From: an uncultured Lentisphaerota bacterium
Lineage (GTDB): Bacteria > Verrucomicrobiota > Kiritimatiellia > RFP12 > UBA1067
Length of the DNA: 64,000 bases
Reading direction: 5' to 3'
Assembly (NCBI GenBank): GCA_900321255.1
Contig: ONVK01000001.1
Coordinates: forward strand, 16,907 to 80,906
Of this stretch, positions 45,956-54,615 are shown one piece after another (the stretch's first letter is position 1; each line of letters begins with the position of its first letter). A program made the position numbers and the translations under genes. The notes below the pieces were generated by a model that was given only the letters and a program-made list of their open reading frames with translations, did not search any database and was not told the origin of the DNA.

Positions 45956-47041
45956 CTATACGAGCTCTTCGAGGATTGCGTCGCAGACTTCGGTGCCGCG
46001 CTCGGTGAGCCGATAGGTGGATTCGTCAATCTTTGTAAGAAGCCCCTCGGCGACGAAGCGGTCGAGGGTTGGCCGCCATTCTGGGAAGCGTGACGAGTCG
46101 ATTCCGTCACGTGTCCTCAGGCGGAAAAGTGTGCGCTCCTTGAGGTCTTCCTTTTCGCTCACCGTTTCGATGGAAGTGGTCGAACCGCAATGTTTATTGG
46201 GGTTTTGCGGGGTCTGTCCCCACCAGTTGCGGGTTCGGGTGAGGCCAACGCGCCCGCATGCGCCTTCGCCGAGGCCAACGTAGTCCTCGCCGCGCCAGAC
46301 CGCGAGATTGTGGCGGCACTCGAAACCTGGGGCGGCGTAGTTGGAGATCTCGTAACGCTCGAGGCCGATTGACTTTAGGAACCGCGCGGCAGATTTTATG
46401 CCGTCCAGAACCGTTTCGTCGTCGGGAACGTTCTTCAGGGCGCGCTCGTTCTGAAGCGAGTAGACGGAGCAGTGGCGCAGTCCCCAGGATGCGAGCGGTG
46501 CGAGAAGGGTGTCCGGGTTCTTGGTCGTAGGGTCGCCCGGGTAGCCGAGAATCAGGTCGATTCCGGCGTTGTCGAAGCGAGACTTCACGAGCGCGAAGGC
46601 GCGCGACGCGTCGCTAGCGGTGTAGCCGCGCCCCATCGCGCGGAGAGTCGCGTCGTCCAAGGACTGGACGCCCATCGAGATGCGGTTGACGCCGATTGAC
46701 TTAAGCTCGTCGAGCTTGGCGGGCGTGACGTCGAGCGGGTGGAGCTCCACCGTGAATTCAAACAGTGGAAAACAGGTCTGACCCGTTTTCCACTGTTTGA
46801 GCGGGGCACGCAGGGGCGAGAGGTCGCAGAGAGCCGGCGAGCCGCCGCCAAAGTAAAGAGTGTTTGGGGTCGGCGTAGTGTCGGTGTTGGAACGGGTGGG
46901 GTTGTGTATGAGAGACTCTAACTCGACCCTAAGCGACTCTACATACTCCGCCCGCGCTGCAGGAGCCGAGCCTGCGCGCGAGTATAGCGAGCAGTAGGAG
47001 CAGCGGCTCCTGCAGAAAGGGAAGTGGACATAAAGGTTCAA
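45956..47041 (-). CDS. hemW: radical SAM heme chaperone HemW (coproporphyrinogen III oxidase-like)
   Basis: HFPFCRSRCSYC (CxxxCxxC) and YFGGGSPA motifs. No ATG near the conserved N-terminus, so a TTG start at 47041 is proposed. The long Arg/Ser-rich N-terminal extension of the track ORF (to 47467) is a GC artifact. Contains a 45-bp in-frame palindrome. Confidence 0.65.
   Translation of the reverse strand: MNLYVHFPFCRSRCSYCSLYSRAGSAPAARAEYVESLRVELESLIHNPTRSNTDTTPTPNTLYFGGGSPALCDLSPLRAPLKQWKTGQTCFPLFEFTVELHPLDVTPAKLDELKSIGVNRISMGVQSLDDATLRAMGRGYTASDASRAFALVKSRFDNAGIDLILGYPGDPTTKNPDTLLAPLASWGLRHCSVYSLQNERALKNVPDDETVLDGIKSAARFLKSIGLERYEISNYAAPGFECRHNLAVWRGEDYVGLGEGACGRVGLTRTRNWWGQTPQNPNKHCGSTTSIETVSEKEDLKERTLFRLRTRDGIDSSRFPEWRPTLDRFVAEGLLTKIDESTYRLTERGTEVCDAILEELV
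46756..46800. repeat. 45-bp perfect-arm palindrome inside hemW (in-frame, 15 codons)
   Basis: TCAAACAGTGGAAAAC-AGGTCTGACCCGT-GTTTTCCACTGTTTGA. Its core AGGTCTGACCC is shared with the hrpB element termini. Confidence 0.7.
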
Positions 47042-47069
47042 AAGTCGAAGGGTTGAAAAGTTGAAAGGT

Positions 47070-48266
47070 TCAAACCTTGAAATGCTTCTTGATCTTTGAA
47101 ACCTTGTCCAACTTCTCCCACGGGAATGCACTGCGGCCGAAGTGGCCGTAGGCCGCAGTGTCCTCGTATTTCCAGCCCTTTGGCTTGAGAAGCCCGAGGT
47201 CCTTGATGAGCGCGTACGGGCGGAAGTCGAACACTTTCCCGGACGCGAGCATTTTTTCGAGCTTCTCGTTCGTGACGCCGTGCGCGGTGCCGAACGTCTT
47301 GACGCAGAAGCTGACCGGCTTGTCGACTCCGATCGCATAGGCGACCTGGATCTGGCAGCGGTCGGCGAGGCCTGCGGCCACGATGTTCTTCGCAGCGTAG
47401 CGCGCGTAGTATGCGGCGGAGCGGTCGACTTTCGACGGGTCCTTGCCGCTGAACGCGCCGCCGCCATGCGCGGCCATTCCGCCGTAGGTGTCGACGATGA
47501 TCTTGCGCCCGGTGAGCCCCGAGTCGCCGCACGGCCCGCCGATGACGAACTTGCCGGTCGGGTTGATCAAGAACTTTGTCTTGGGCGTGAGAAGGCCGGT
47601 CTTTGAGAGGTAGCCCGTTGCGAGCTTCTTGATTTCGTCGTAGTGCTTTTTCGTCGCACCCGCTTCAGTAGTCTGGTGCGAGATAACTACGGTGTCGATT
47701 GCGACAGGGCGGCCGCCTTCGTAGACGACAGAAAGCTGGCTCTTCGAGTCGGGGCGAAGCCAAGAGTACTTCTTGTCCGTCTTGCGGAGCTTCGCGAACA
47801 TCTTGAGGAGCTCGTGCGAATAGACTATCGCGGCGGGCATAAGCGACTTCGTCTCGTTTGTCGCGTAGCCGAACATCATGCCCTGGTCGCCTGCTCCCTG
47901 GTTTTCCTTTTTCCTGCGCGAGACGCCCTGGTTGATGTCGGGTGACTGGCCATGGAGGAAATTGTAGTACTTGAACGTCGCGTCGGCGAAATGTTCTTCG
48001 GGGATCGTGTAGCCGATTTTCCTTGCGACGCGGCGCGCGATTGCCTCGGTGTCGATTTTCTTGAAGTCCTTGCACGTTATCTCGCCCACGTTTACGACGA
48101 CGTCGGGGCCAACTGTCGTCTCGCATGCGACGTGGGCGCCTTTGTCATTTGCGAGGCACGCGTCGAGGATTGCATCGGATATCTGGTCTGCCACCTTGTC
48201 GGGATGTCCTTCCGAAACGGACTCAGACGTAAAAATGTGGCGATGGTTCTTCTTTGTCATTTTCAT
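47070..48266 (-). CDS. metK: S-adenosylmethionine synthetase
   Basis: GHPDK, GAGDQG, DTYGG and GGGAFSGKD motifs. Confidence 0.95.
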   Translation of the reverse strand: MKMTKKNHRHIFTSESVSEGHPDKVADQISDAILDACLANDKGAHVACETTVGPDVVVNVGEITCKDFKKIDTEAIARRVARKIGYTIPEEHFADATFKYYNFLHGQSPDINQGVSRRKKENQGAGDQGMMFGYATNETKSLMPAAIVYSHELLKMFAKLRKTDKKYSWLRPDSKSQLSVVYEGGRPVAIDTVVISHQTTEAGATKKHYDEIKKLATGYLSKTGLLTPKTKFLINPTGKFVIGGPCGDSGLTGRKIIVDTYGGMAAHGGGAFSGKDPSKVDRSAAYYARYAAKNIVAAGLADRCQIQVAYAIGVDKPVSFCVKTFGTAHGVTNEKLEKMLASGKVFDFRPYALIKDLGLLKPKGWKYEDTAAYGHFGRSAFPWEKLDKVSKIKKHFKV

Positions 48267-48339
48267 TCCCTGTAGACTCAGCTTGTGTCACACGCCGAGC
48301 ACCATGCCCGGACGTCACAGACTGAAATGAGTGCCGCAT

Positions 48340-48348
48340 ATTATACCA
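48340..48348 (-). promoter_or_regulatory. extended -10 promoter TGGTATAAT for metK (minus strand)
   Basis: The reverse complement of ATTATACCA reads TGGTATAAT, about 67 nt upstream of the metK ATG. Confidence 0.45.
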
Positions 48349-48360
48349 TAAAGCGCTGAT

Positions 48361-48543
48361 CGTTGGCGGCGGCTTGCGCTGGGCGCGTTTTTGGCACCGC
48401 TCGCGCCCATATCCCGCTGCGCGGAATTATGCCATGGCGCTCGCTTCGGATTCCGTCGCCCATGATATGCATCGTAGTGCAAGCTACGCATACGGGCGAC
48501 TGCATCAGATGCCAAAAACGCGCCCAGCTTCCGCCGCAGACGT
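48361..48543. repeat. inverted-repeat bounded structured element (about 180 bp)
   Basis: A perfect 19-bp IR GCTGGGCGCGTTTTTGGCA (48378-48396) and TGCCAAAAACGCGCCCAGC (48510-48528). The IRs extend imperfectly to about 35 bp and the interior has several hairpins. Confidence 0.6.
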
Positions 48544-48598
48544 GCTCAGAGGCCGGAGAGCCGACTGGCGCAACACACCTTTGTTTGGAGGCGAAGCG

Positions 48599-48690
48599 AA
48601 GTTGGCGGTGGAGCGAAGGTCCGAGCGAGGGGATACGGCGTATTCGCCGAGGGTTCCCCGAGGAGGAGCCTTCGGACGCCGCCAACAAGC
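48599..48690 (+). repeat. 92-bp palindromic repeat element, copy A
   Basis: About 95% identical to the reverse complement of 55701-55792. Terminal inverted repeats (C)TTGTTGGCGGTGG / CCACCGCCAACAAG and central palindrome CGGCGAATACGCCG. Confidence 0.8.
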
Positions 48691-48723
48691 GAAGCTTGCG
48701 CGTGCTTCGTAAGCCATCAATTA

Positions 48724-48732
48724 TGGTATAAT
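48724..48732 (+). promoter_or_regulatory. extended -10 promoter TGGTATAAT for hydG
   Basis: ATTATGGTATAAT about 47 nt upstream of the hydG ATG. Confidence 0.45.
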
Positions 48733-48778
48733 ATCCCCTCAACGCACCGAACAGGGCGTTGAAAGCGAGTTTCAGAAC

Positions 48779-50209
48779 ATGGCGGATGTATCGAAGATAA
48801 GGAAGTTCAAGGATGCGGACGACTACCGCAGGAATTTCGTCGTTCAGGAGGAGATAGACAAGTATCTCCCCGGCGGAAGGCATTTCATCGACGAGGCGGA
48901 GATAAACCGCTGCATAGCCGAGGTCGCGGAAAAGCCGGCGGATCCGGCGCGCGTGAGGGAGATAATCGCGAAGAGCGAGTCGACGTGCGAGACGCTTCTC
49001 CCCGAGGAGACGGCCGTCCTCATGTCCGTCACGGATCCGGCGCTCTTCGAGGAAATGCGTGCGGCGGCGGACCGCATCAAGCACAAGGTCTACGACAACC
49101 GCATCGTGATGTTCGCGCCGCTCTACATGTCCAACCTCTGCGTGAACGGATGCAAGTACTGCGGCTTCCGCGAGGGGAACGCAGCGCAGAAGCGCCGCGT
49201 CCTCACGATGGACGAACTCAAGGCGGAGGTCGACGTCCTCGCAGGGCGCATCGGCCACAAGCGACTCATCGCGGTCTACGGCGAGCATCCGACGACTTCG
49301 ACGGAGTACATCGCCGAGACGATCGAAACTTGCTACAACCGCAAGGTGAAAGCGCCGAAGACGGGCGCGCCGGTGGGGATCCGCCGCGTCAACGTCAACG
49401 CCGCGCCGCTTCCGGTCGAGGACCTCAAGGTGCTGAAGTCCGTCGGCATCGGAACGTTCCAGGTCTTCCAGGAGACGTACAACAGGAAGCTCTACGAGGA
49501 GATGCATCCGTCGTGGAGCGTGAAGGGCAACTACGACTGGCGCACGACGTGCCGCGACCTGGAGCGCTGGTTCAACATCGGGCCGCACACGCTGTCGTTC
49601 CCGCGCCTCGAGCCGGCGAGCGGAACGCGAGTCCCCGAGGAGAGCCCGTGGCTCATCGACGACGACACGTTTGCGCGCATACTCGTGATCGCGCGCCTCT
49701 CGGTGCCGTACACGGGAATCATCGTTACGGCGCGCGAGAGCCCCGAGAGCCGCAACCGCGTCCTCGACCACGGCATGACGCAGCTCGACTGCTCGTCCAA
49801 CATCGCTATCAAGGGCTACAGCGACTTCGCAAACGAGGCGCACCAGGAGAAGGAGCGCCAGCAGTTCATGCTCGGCGACAACAGGTCCATCGACGAGATG
49901 GTGCGCTACCTCGCCTCGCGCGGCACGATCACTAGCTTCTGCACGGCTGGATACCGCTGCGGCAGGACGGGCGGCTGCATCATGGACGCGCTCAAGACCG
50001 GGCGCGAGGGGAAGTTCTGCAAGATCAACGCGGTGCTCACTTTCCGCGAGTGGCTTGACGACTTCGCCTCGGACGAGACGCGCAAGATGGGCGACGCGCT
50101 CATCGAGAAGGAGCTTGCGGGCATCAAGGAGTGGCTGCCGAAGTTCTATCCGACGGTCATGAAGCAGTACGAGGCGACTTGCCGCGGCGAGCGCGATTTG
50201 TTCTTCTGA
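48779..50209 (+). CDS. hydG: [FeFe]-hydrogenase maturase HydG (radical SAM tyrosine lyase)
   Basis: CVNGCKYCGF radical SAM motif. At 476 aa it carries a C-terminal extra Cys cluster (CTAGYRCGRTGGC) absent from the shorter ThiH. Confidence 0.7.
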   Translation: MADVSKIRKFKDADDYRRNFVVQEEIDKYLPGGRHFIDEAEINRCIAEVAEKPADPARVREIIAKSESTCETLLPEETAVLMSVTDPALFEEMRAAADRIKHKVYDNRIVMFAPLYMSNLCVNGCKYCGFREGNAAQKRRVLTMDELKAEVDVLAGRIGHKRLIAVYGEHPTTSTEYIAETIETCYNRKVKAPKTGAPVGIRRVNVNAAPLPVEDLKVLKSVGIGTFQVFQETYNRKLYEEMHPSWSVKGNYDWRTTCRDLERWFNIGPHTLSFPRLEPASGTRVPEESPWLIDDDTFARILVIARLSVPYTGIIVTARESPESRNRVLDHGMTQLDCSSNIAIKGYSDFANEAHQEKERQQFMLGDNRSIDEMVRYLASRGTITSFCTAGYRCGRTGGCIMDALKTGREGKFCKINAVLTFREWLDDFASDETRKMGDALIEKELAGIKEWLPKFYPTVMKQYEATCRGERDLFF

Positions 50210-50234
50210 GAGTCGCCTTGAAGCCGTTATTTTT

Positions 50235-50243
50235 GATATAATA
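50235..50243 (+). promoter_or_regulatory. extended -10 promoter TGATATAAT for V-ATPase genes
   Basis: TTTTTGATATAAT ends 7 nt before the ATG at 50251, giving a leaderless start. Confidence 0.45.
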
Positions 50244-50250
50244 CTACGCA

Positions 50251-50859
50251 ATGGCCAAGGTCAAGCTAACGAAGACGGAACTGAAGGCGCAGTCTGACGC
50301 CCTAAAGCGGTTTCAGCGCTTTCTGCCGATGCTGCAGCTGAAGAAACAGCAGCTGCAGAGCGAGATCGCCGGCATTGTCGCGAAGGCCGAGTCTGTGTCC
50401 GCGCGCGAGCGAGAGGTCCGCTCGGAGCTCGATAGCTGGGTAGGGCTGATCGCTACGGACGAGGAGCTGCTTTCAGGGCTTGTGTCTGTTAAGTCCGTCA
50501 AAACCGGCACCGCCAACATCGCGGGCGTCGCGATTCCGACTTTCGAGTCGATCGACACCGATGTGAAGGATATCGACGCATGGGCGACCCCCGCGTGGAT
50601 CGACGACGCTGTGGCGGTTACGACCCAGATACTCTCCCTCCAGTGCGAGCGCAGGGTCTATGAAGAGCAGCGGAGGCTTGTCCAGGAGGAGCTTCGCCAG
50701 ACCTCGCAGCGCGTAAACCTCTTCGAGAAGGTCAAGATCCCCCAGTGCAAGGAGGCGATCCGCGTAATCAAGATCGCGCTCGGCGACGAGCAGACGGCCG
50801 CCGTCACGCGCGGCAAGATCGCGAAATCGCGCGCTCCCGAAAGCGAGGTGGCGGCATGA
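50251..50859 (+). CDS. atpD: V-type ATP synthase subunit D
   Basis: N-terminus MAKVKLTKTELKAQSDALKRFQRFLPMLQLKKQQL is a typical V/A-ATPase D-subunit coiled coil. Confidence 0.8.
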   Translation: MAKVKLTKTELKAQSDALKRFQRFLPMLQLKKQQLQSEIAGIVAKAESVSAREREVRSELDSWVGLIATDEELLSGLVSVKSVKTGTANIAGVAIPTFESIDTDVKDIDAWATPAWIDDAVAVTTQILSLQCERRVYEEQRRLVQEELRQTSQRVNLFEKVKIPQCKEAIRVIKIALGDEQTAAVTRGKIAKSRAPESEVAA

Positions 50860-52490
50860 TTGTGAAGATGCTCCATCTCGACCTCGTGTGCCTCGCGGCG
50901 GAAAAGGACAAGACGCTGACGCAGCTTCGCGACCTCGGCGCGGTCCATCTCGATCTTTCCTCCGCGCAGGGCGCCACCGTGGCCGCGGCGAAGGGCGAGG
51001 CGGCGGACGCCGAAAAGGCCGTCAGGCTGATCCTCAAGGCGAGGGGCAAGGCGAAGGACGTGAACATCCACGAGCGTTCGGTCGCTGACATTCTCGCAAT
51101 CGACGCGGATCGCGAGTCTCTCAGGTCCGACAAGGACGAGCTTGAGCGCGAAATCCGCGTCTACGAGCCGTATGGAGACTTCGATCCCGAGCTCGCGGAG
51201 AAACTCCTCGGGGAGGTGGAAGGTCTTCGCGACGTGGTGCCGCTTCCGGAGACCCTGCCGTCCATGAGTCTTTCGAAGATGCGCGAGAAGCTCGAACGCA
51301 TCGAGAACTGCATAGTCGTCGACGAGGCGAAGCTCGCCGGCAGCGACGAGAAGGCGATCCTGAAGAAGTATCCTGCTCTTGCCGACAAGATCGCGTTCGA
51401 GTCGGCCAAGGAGCTCGTCGGCGAACAGGGAGAGCTCGCATATGTCTCGGGCTGGATTCCGGAGCCCGCGCGCGGCACATTTGCCGCGGCCGTCCATGAG
51501 AATGGCTGGGGTGCGCTCCTGCGCGAGCCCGCTGACGGTGAGCTGCCGCCGACCCTGATAGAACCGCCGAAGATGTTCCGCCCGATGAAGGCGCTTTTCT
51601 CGGGGCTCGGCATCGCGCCCGCATACACCGAGGCGGACGTGTCGGTTCCGTTCATGTGCTATTTCTCGCTCTTCTTCGCGATGCTCGTGGGCGACGGCGC
51701 GTACGGCGCGATTTTCCTCGCCGCCACGCTCGCGCTGAGGAAGAAGCTCCCGAAGAGCTGGTTCATACTCCTGACGGTCTTCTCCTCCGCGACGGTTCTG
51801 TGGGGGATTCTCTCGAACACGTGGTTCGGCGCGGGGATCTCCTGGTGCGTGGACTGGCCTACGGTTAAGTGGCTGGCGGATCCGAGCTACCACAACATGA
51901 TGCTCCTCTGCTTCACGATTGGCGTGTCGCACCTGATGCTCGCCCGCGTCTGGAACGGCATTTGCCGTGCGCCGGATTCGACGTGCATAGCGGAGTTTGG
52001 CTGGGCTGGTATACTGCTCTTCATGTATCTCGTCACGAACTCGATCGTCGGCATATTCCCCGGAATCCCGCAGTGGGGCTTCTGGGTGCTCGGCGTGTCC
52101 GTCGTCGCGGTGTTCGGCTTCTCCGTGAAGCCGTCTGAGCTGAAGACGCGCGGCGCGGAGCTGGGGATGCTGCCGCTGAACATCATGAGCGCGCTCGGCG
52201 ACATAATATCTTACGTCCGTCTCTTCGCAGTCGGTCTCGCGTCCGTCAAGGTAGCGGAGAACTTCAACTCGATGGCGACCGGGCTCCTCTCGTCCGACAA
52301 CGCGCTTTGGCTCAACGCGCTCATGTGCGTCGCGATGGTGGCGATACTCATCGTGGGTCACACCTTGAACCTCGCGATGGCGGGCCTGTCGATCCTTGTG
52401 CACGCCGTGCGTCTGAACACCCTCGAATTTTCAAACCACAAGGGCGTGTCCTGGTCGGGATATGCTTTCAATCCGTTCAAAAAAAACTAA
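50856..52490 (+). CDS. atpI: V-type ATP synthase subunit I (a)
   Basis: Soluble N-terminal half plus a C-terminal 7-8 TM half with the conserved Arg region (RLFAVGLAS). ATGA overlap with subunit D. Confidence 0.8.
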   Translation: MIVKMLHLDLVCLAAEKDKTLTQLRDLGAVHLDLSSAQGATVAAAKGEAADAEKAVRLILKARGKAKDVNIHERSVADILAIDADRESLRSDKDELEREIRVYEPYGDFDPELAEKLLGEVEGLRDVVPLPETLPSMSLSKMREKLERIENCIVVDEAKLAGSDEKAILKKYPALADKIAFESAKELVGEQGELAYVSGWIPEPARGTFAAAVHENGWGALLREPADGELPPTLIEPPKMFRPMKALFSGLGIAPAYTEADVSVPFMCYFSLFFAMLVGDGAYGAIFLAATLALRKKLPKSWFILLTVFSSATVLWGILSNTWFGAGISWCVDWPTVKWLADPSYHNMMLLCFTIGVSHLMLARVWNGICRAPDSTCIAEFGWAGILLFMYLVTNSIVGIFPGIPQWGFWVLGVSVVAVFGFSVKPSELKTRGAELGMLPLNIMSALGDIISYVRLFAVGLASVKVAENFNSMATGLLSSDNALWLNALMCVAMVAILIVGHTLNLAMAGLSILVHAVRLNTLEFSNHKGVSWSGYAFNPFKKN

Positions 52491-52499
52491 GGAGAAACA

Positions 52500-52997
52500 A
52501 TGAGTGATGCAGCAATGATTGTCGCAGGCGCGATCGCCTGTTTGGGACTTGCGGGCGCGGGAAGCGCGTTCGGCACGGGCTTTGCCTCGGCGGCGGCCGT
52601 CGGTGCATGGAAGAAGTGCTACGCCGCGAACAAGCCTGCGCCGTTCCTTCTCCTCTCGTTCGTCGGCGCGCCGATCACGCAGACGCTGTACGGAATGATC
52701 CTCATGTTCATCATGCTCGGCAAGATCAACGACGCCGGTGCGGCGGCCGTCGGTGCCGGTGTTCCGTGCCTTGTCGCCGGAATCTTCGCCGGTCTCGCCA
52801 TCGGGCTTTCCGCTCTCTTCCAGGGTCGCGCCGGCGCAGCGGCGTGCGATGCGCAGGCTGAGACGAACCAGGGCTTTACCAACTATCTCGCTGCGCTCGG
52901 CATCGTCGAGACGGTCGCCATCTTCGCGATGGTGTTCGCGCTCATAGCGCTTGGTTATGTCGCCGAGGTGCCGGTTCCGGCTCCAGCGGCGGTCTGA
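52500..52997 (+). CDS. atpK: V-type ATP synthase subunit K (proteolipid c)
   Basis: 165-aa double-hairpin proteolipid with Gly-rich helices GAGSAFGTGFASAAAVGA. Confidence 0.8.
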   Translation: MSDAAMIVAGAIACLGLAGAGSAFGTGFASAAAVGAWKKCYAANKPAPFLLLSFVGAPITQTLYGMILMFIMLGKINDAGAAAVGAGVPCLVAGIFAGLAIGLSALFQGRAGAAACDAQAETNQGFTNYLAALGIVETVAIFAMVFALIALGYVAEVPVPAPAAV

Positions 52998-52998
52998 G

Positions 52999-54615
52999 AT
53001 GCGCATCAGCCCGAAATGGGGGTGGTTCGCGGCGTTCACGGCGGTCTTCGCCGTGTGCGCCGCCTATGTTTTCTGGGGGACGTGGAGCCCCGAGATGGCG
53101 CCGGTCATGCCGGACTGCCCGACGTCTTACCCGGTCCATTGGTTCCGCGCCTGGCTCGTCGGCTGGCTCGAGAACGGAAAGTTCGCGCCTGCCGAGGCGA
53201 TCAACTGGATCGGCAGCCCCTACATCTGGACAGAGTTCCAGTATGCGTTCGCCGCCTATATGTCGGCGCTCGGGATGGTGTATTTTCTTCGCGGAAGGGG
53301 TCTTCCCCGCGTCGCGGCTTACGGCGCGGGGCTTCTTTTGGCGTTCTCCGGCTACTGGTTCACGCTCTTTTCCGCCGGGCACCTCGGCTGGTTCCAGTGG
53401 ATGACGTACGGAGTCTTCGTCTTCGGGCTCATCGATCGTGCGCTTGAGAAGGGCAAGTCGCGCCACTGGCTTTTGCTTGGCGCATGTCTTGCATGGGGTT
53501 CGATGCACCAGCCAGATTTGTGGCTGCTCTTCTCGGTTTTCTCCGCGGTTTACTTTGTGTTTAGGCTGAGCGTTGTTCTTTGCGGGTCGCCGCGCGACAT
53601 GCGCCGCGCGACGCTTTTTAGATGGGTGAAGGGCGCGGCGATGGCGCTCGCCGCGCTTCTCGCAATCGGCGGCGCGAGCTTCAGAAGCGCGTTCATGAAC
53701 GATCTCGCAGGACGCGACAAGCAGATAGAGGAAGGTCAGACCCTCGGCGCAAACGCCGCGAAAGACGACGCCGAGAAGCGCTGGATATTCGTCACTAACT
53801 GGTCGATGCCACCAGAGGCGACAAAGGAGTTCTGGCACGCCGGCGTCGAAGGCGACACGAGCTGCCCGTTTACGCTTGCGATAGGGCAGAAGCGCGGCAA
53901 TGGAATTCGTCAGTATGTTGGGCGTCTCGGCCGTCCGCTTGGCGCGACGCAGGGCAACTACCGCCAGCACTCGCTCTATGTCGGATGGGTGACGTGCCTG
54001 ATGGCGCTCTGCGGGCTTTTCTGGGTCAAGTTCTGGGGAAAGAGTGATAGTCGGACGACAGTCGTTTTCTTTATTCTTTCTGCGGTGGTGTTCTGGTCGT
54101 TCTCGCAGGGCCGGTACTTCGAGAATGTTTATCGGATCGTTTACGCGCTTCCGTTCGGGGATTATCTGCGTGCGCCGGTCAAATGGCACCATCTCACAGA
54201 GTTCTGCATTTGCGTTCTCGCAGGATATGGGATCTTTGGGTTGATGCAAATAAAAGCCAAGTGGGCGACTCCTTATGTCAAGACAATCGTCGCCGTTGGT
54301 GTTGTTCTGTTGGGTGCGCTCACGCTTGTTTGCGACGACAGACTCTACTGCGCGCCGCATCGCGCCGACGCGGACATGCAGTTTGTCGACGGACGCATGT
54401 TGCAGGATCCGCGCGGCGTAGCGCAGCTCAACCAGATGCGCGCGCGTGTTCTCGGCACCTATCAGGGCGCGGCGCTTATCGAAGTGCCGAAGAAGAAGCC
54501 GAAGGACGAGCCTGCGCCTGAGCTGCCGAGCCCACAGCCAGTGACTCTCGCGCTTGGAATTCTCTCCTTGGTCGGCACTCTTGCCGTTGGTGCGTACGGG
54601 ATCAAGAAGTCATGA
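52999..54615 (+). CDS. polytopic membrane protein, hypothetical
   Basis: About 538 aa with at least 10 TM segments. The start is 1 nt after the atpK stop, and the stop overlaps the start of the downstream carrier protein. Confidence 0.5.
   Translation: MRISPKWGWFAAFTAVFAVCAAYVFWGTWSPEMAPVMPDCPTSYPVHWFRAWLVGWLENGKFAPAEAINWIGSPYIWTEFQYAFAAYMSALGMVYFLRGRGLPRVAAYGAGLLLAFSGYWFTLFSAGHLGWFQWMTYGVFVFGLIDRALEKGKSRHWLLLGACLAWGSMHQPDLWLLFSVFSAVYFVFRLSVVLCGSPRDMRRATLFRWVKGAAMALAALLAIGGASFRSAFMNDLAGRDKQIEEGQTLGANAAKDDAEKRWIFVTNWSMPPEATKEFWHAGVEGDTSCPFTLAIGQKRGNGIRQYVGRLGRPLGATQGNYRQHSLYVGWVTCLMALCGLFWVKFWGKSDSRTTVVFFILSAVVFWSFSQGRYFENVYRIVYALPFGDYLRAPVKWHHLTEFCICVLAGYGIFGLMQIKAKWATPYVKTIVAVGVVLLGALTLVCDDRLYCAPHRADADMQFVDGRMLQDPRGVAQLNQMRARVLGTYQGAALIEVPKKKPKDEPAPELPSPQPVTLALGILSLVGTLAVGAYGIKKS

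Noticed and set aside
47017-47069. TTGAA(A/C)(G/C)TT direct repeats in the metK-hemW spacer as a possible regulatory element
   Set aside because: Short, low-complexity and overlapping the uncertain hemW start. No symmetric or conserved structure could be supported.
45956-47467. Full 503-aa version of the hemW ORF
   Set aside because: The N-terminal 140 residues are Arg/Ser/Thr-rich GC-artifact sequence with no HemW similarity. The conserved radical SAM N-terminus begins near 47041, so a TTG start is proposed instead.
48267-48340. Possible SAM riboswitch in the metK 5' UTR
   Set aside because: The UTR is only about 67 nt, too short for SAM-I, and I cannot recognise SAM-II or SAM-V consensus by eye. 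Left as unannotated leader.
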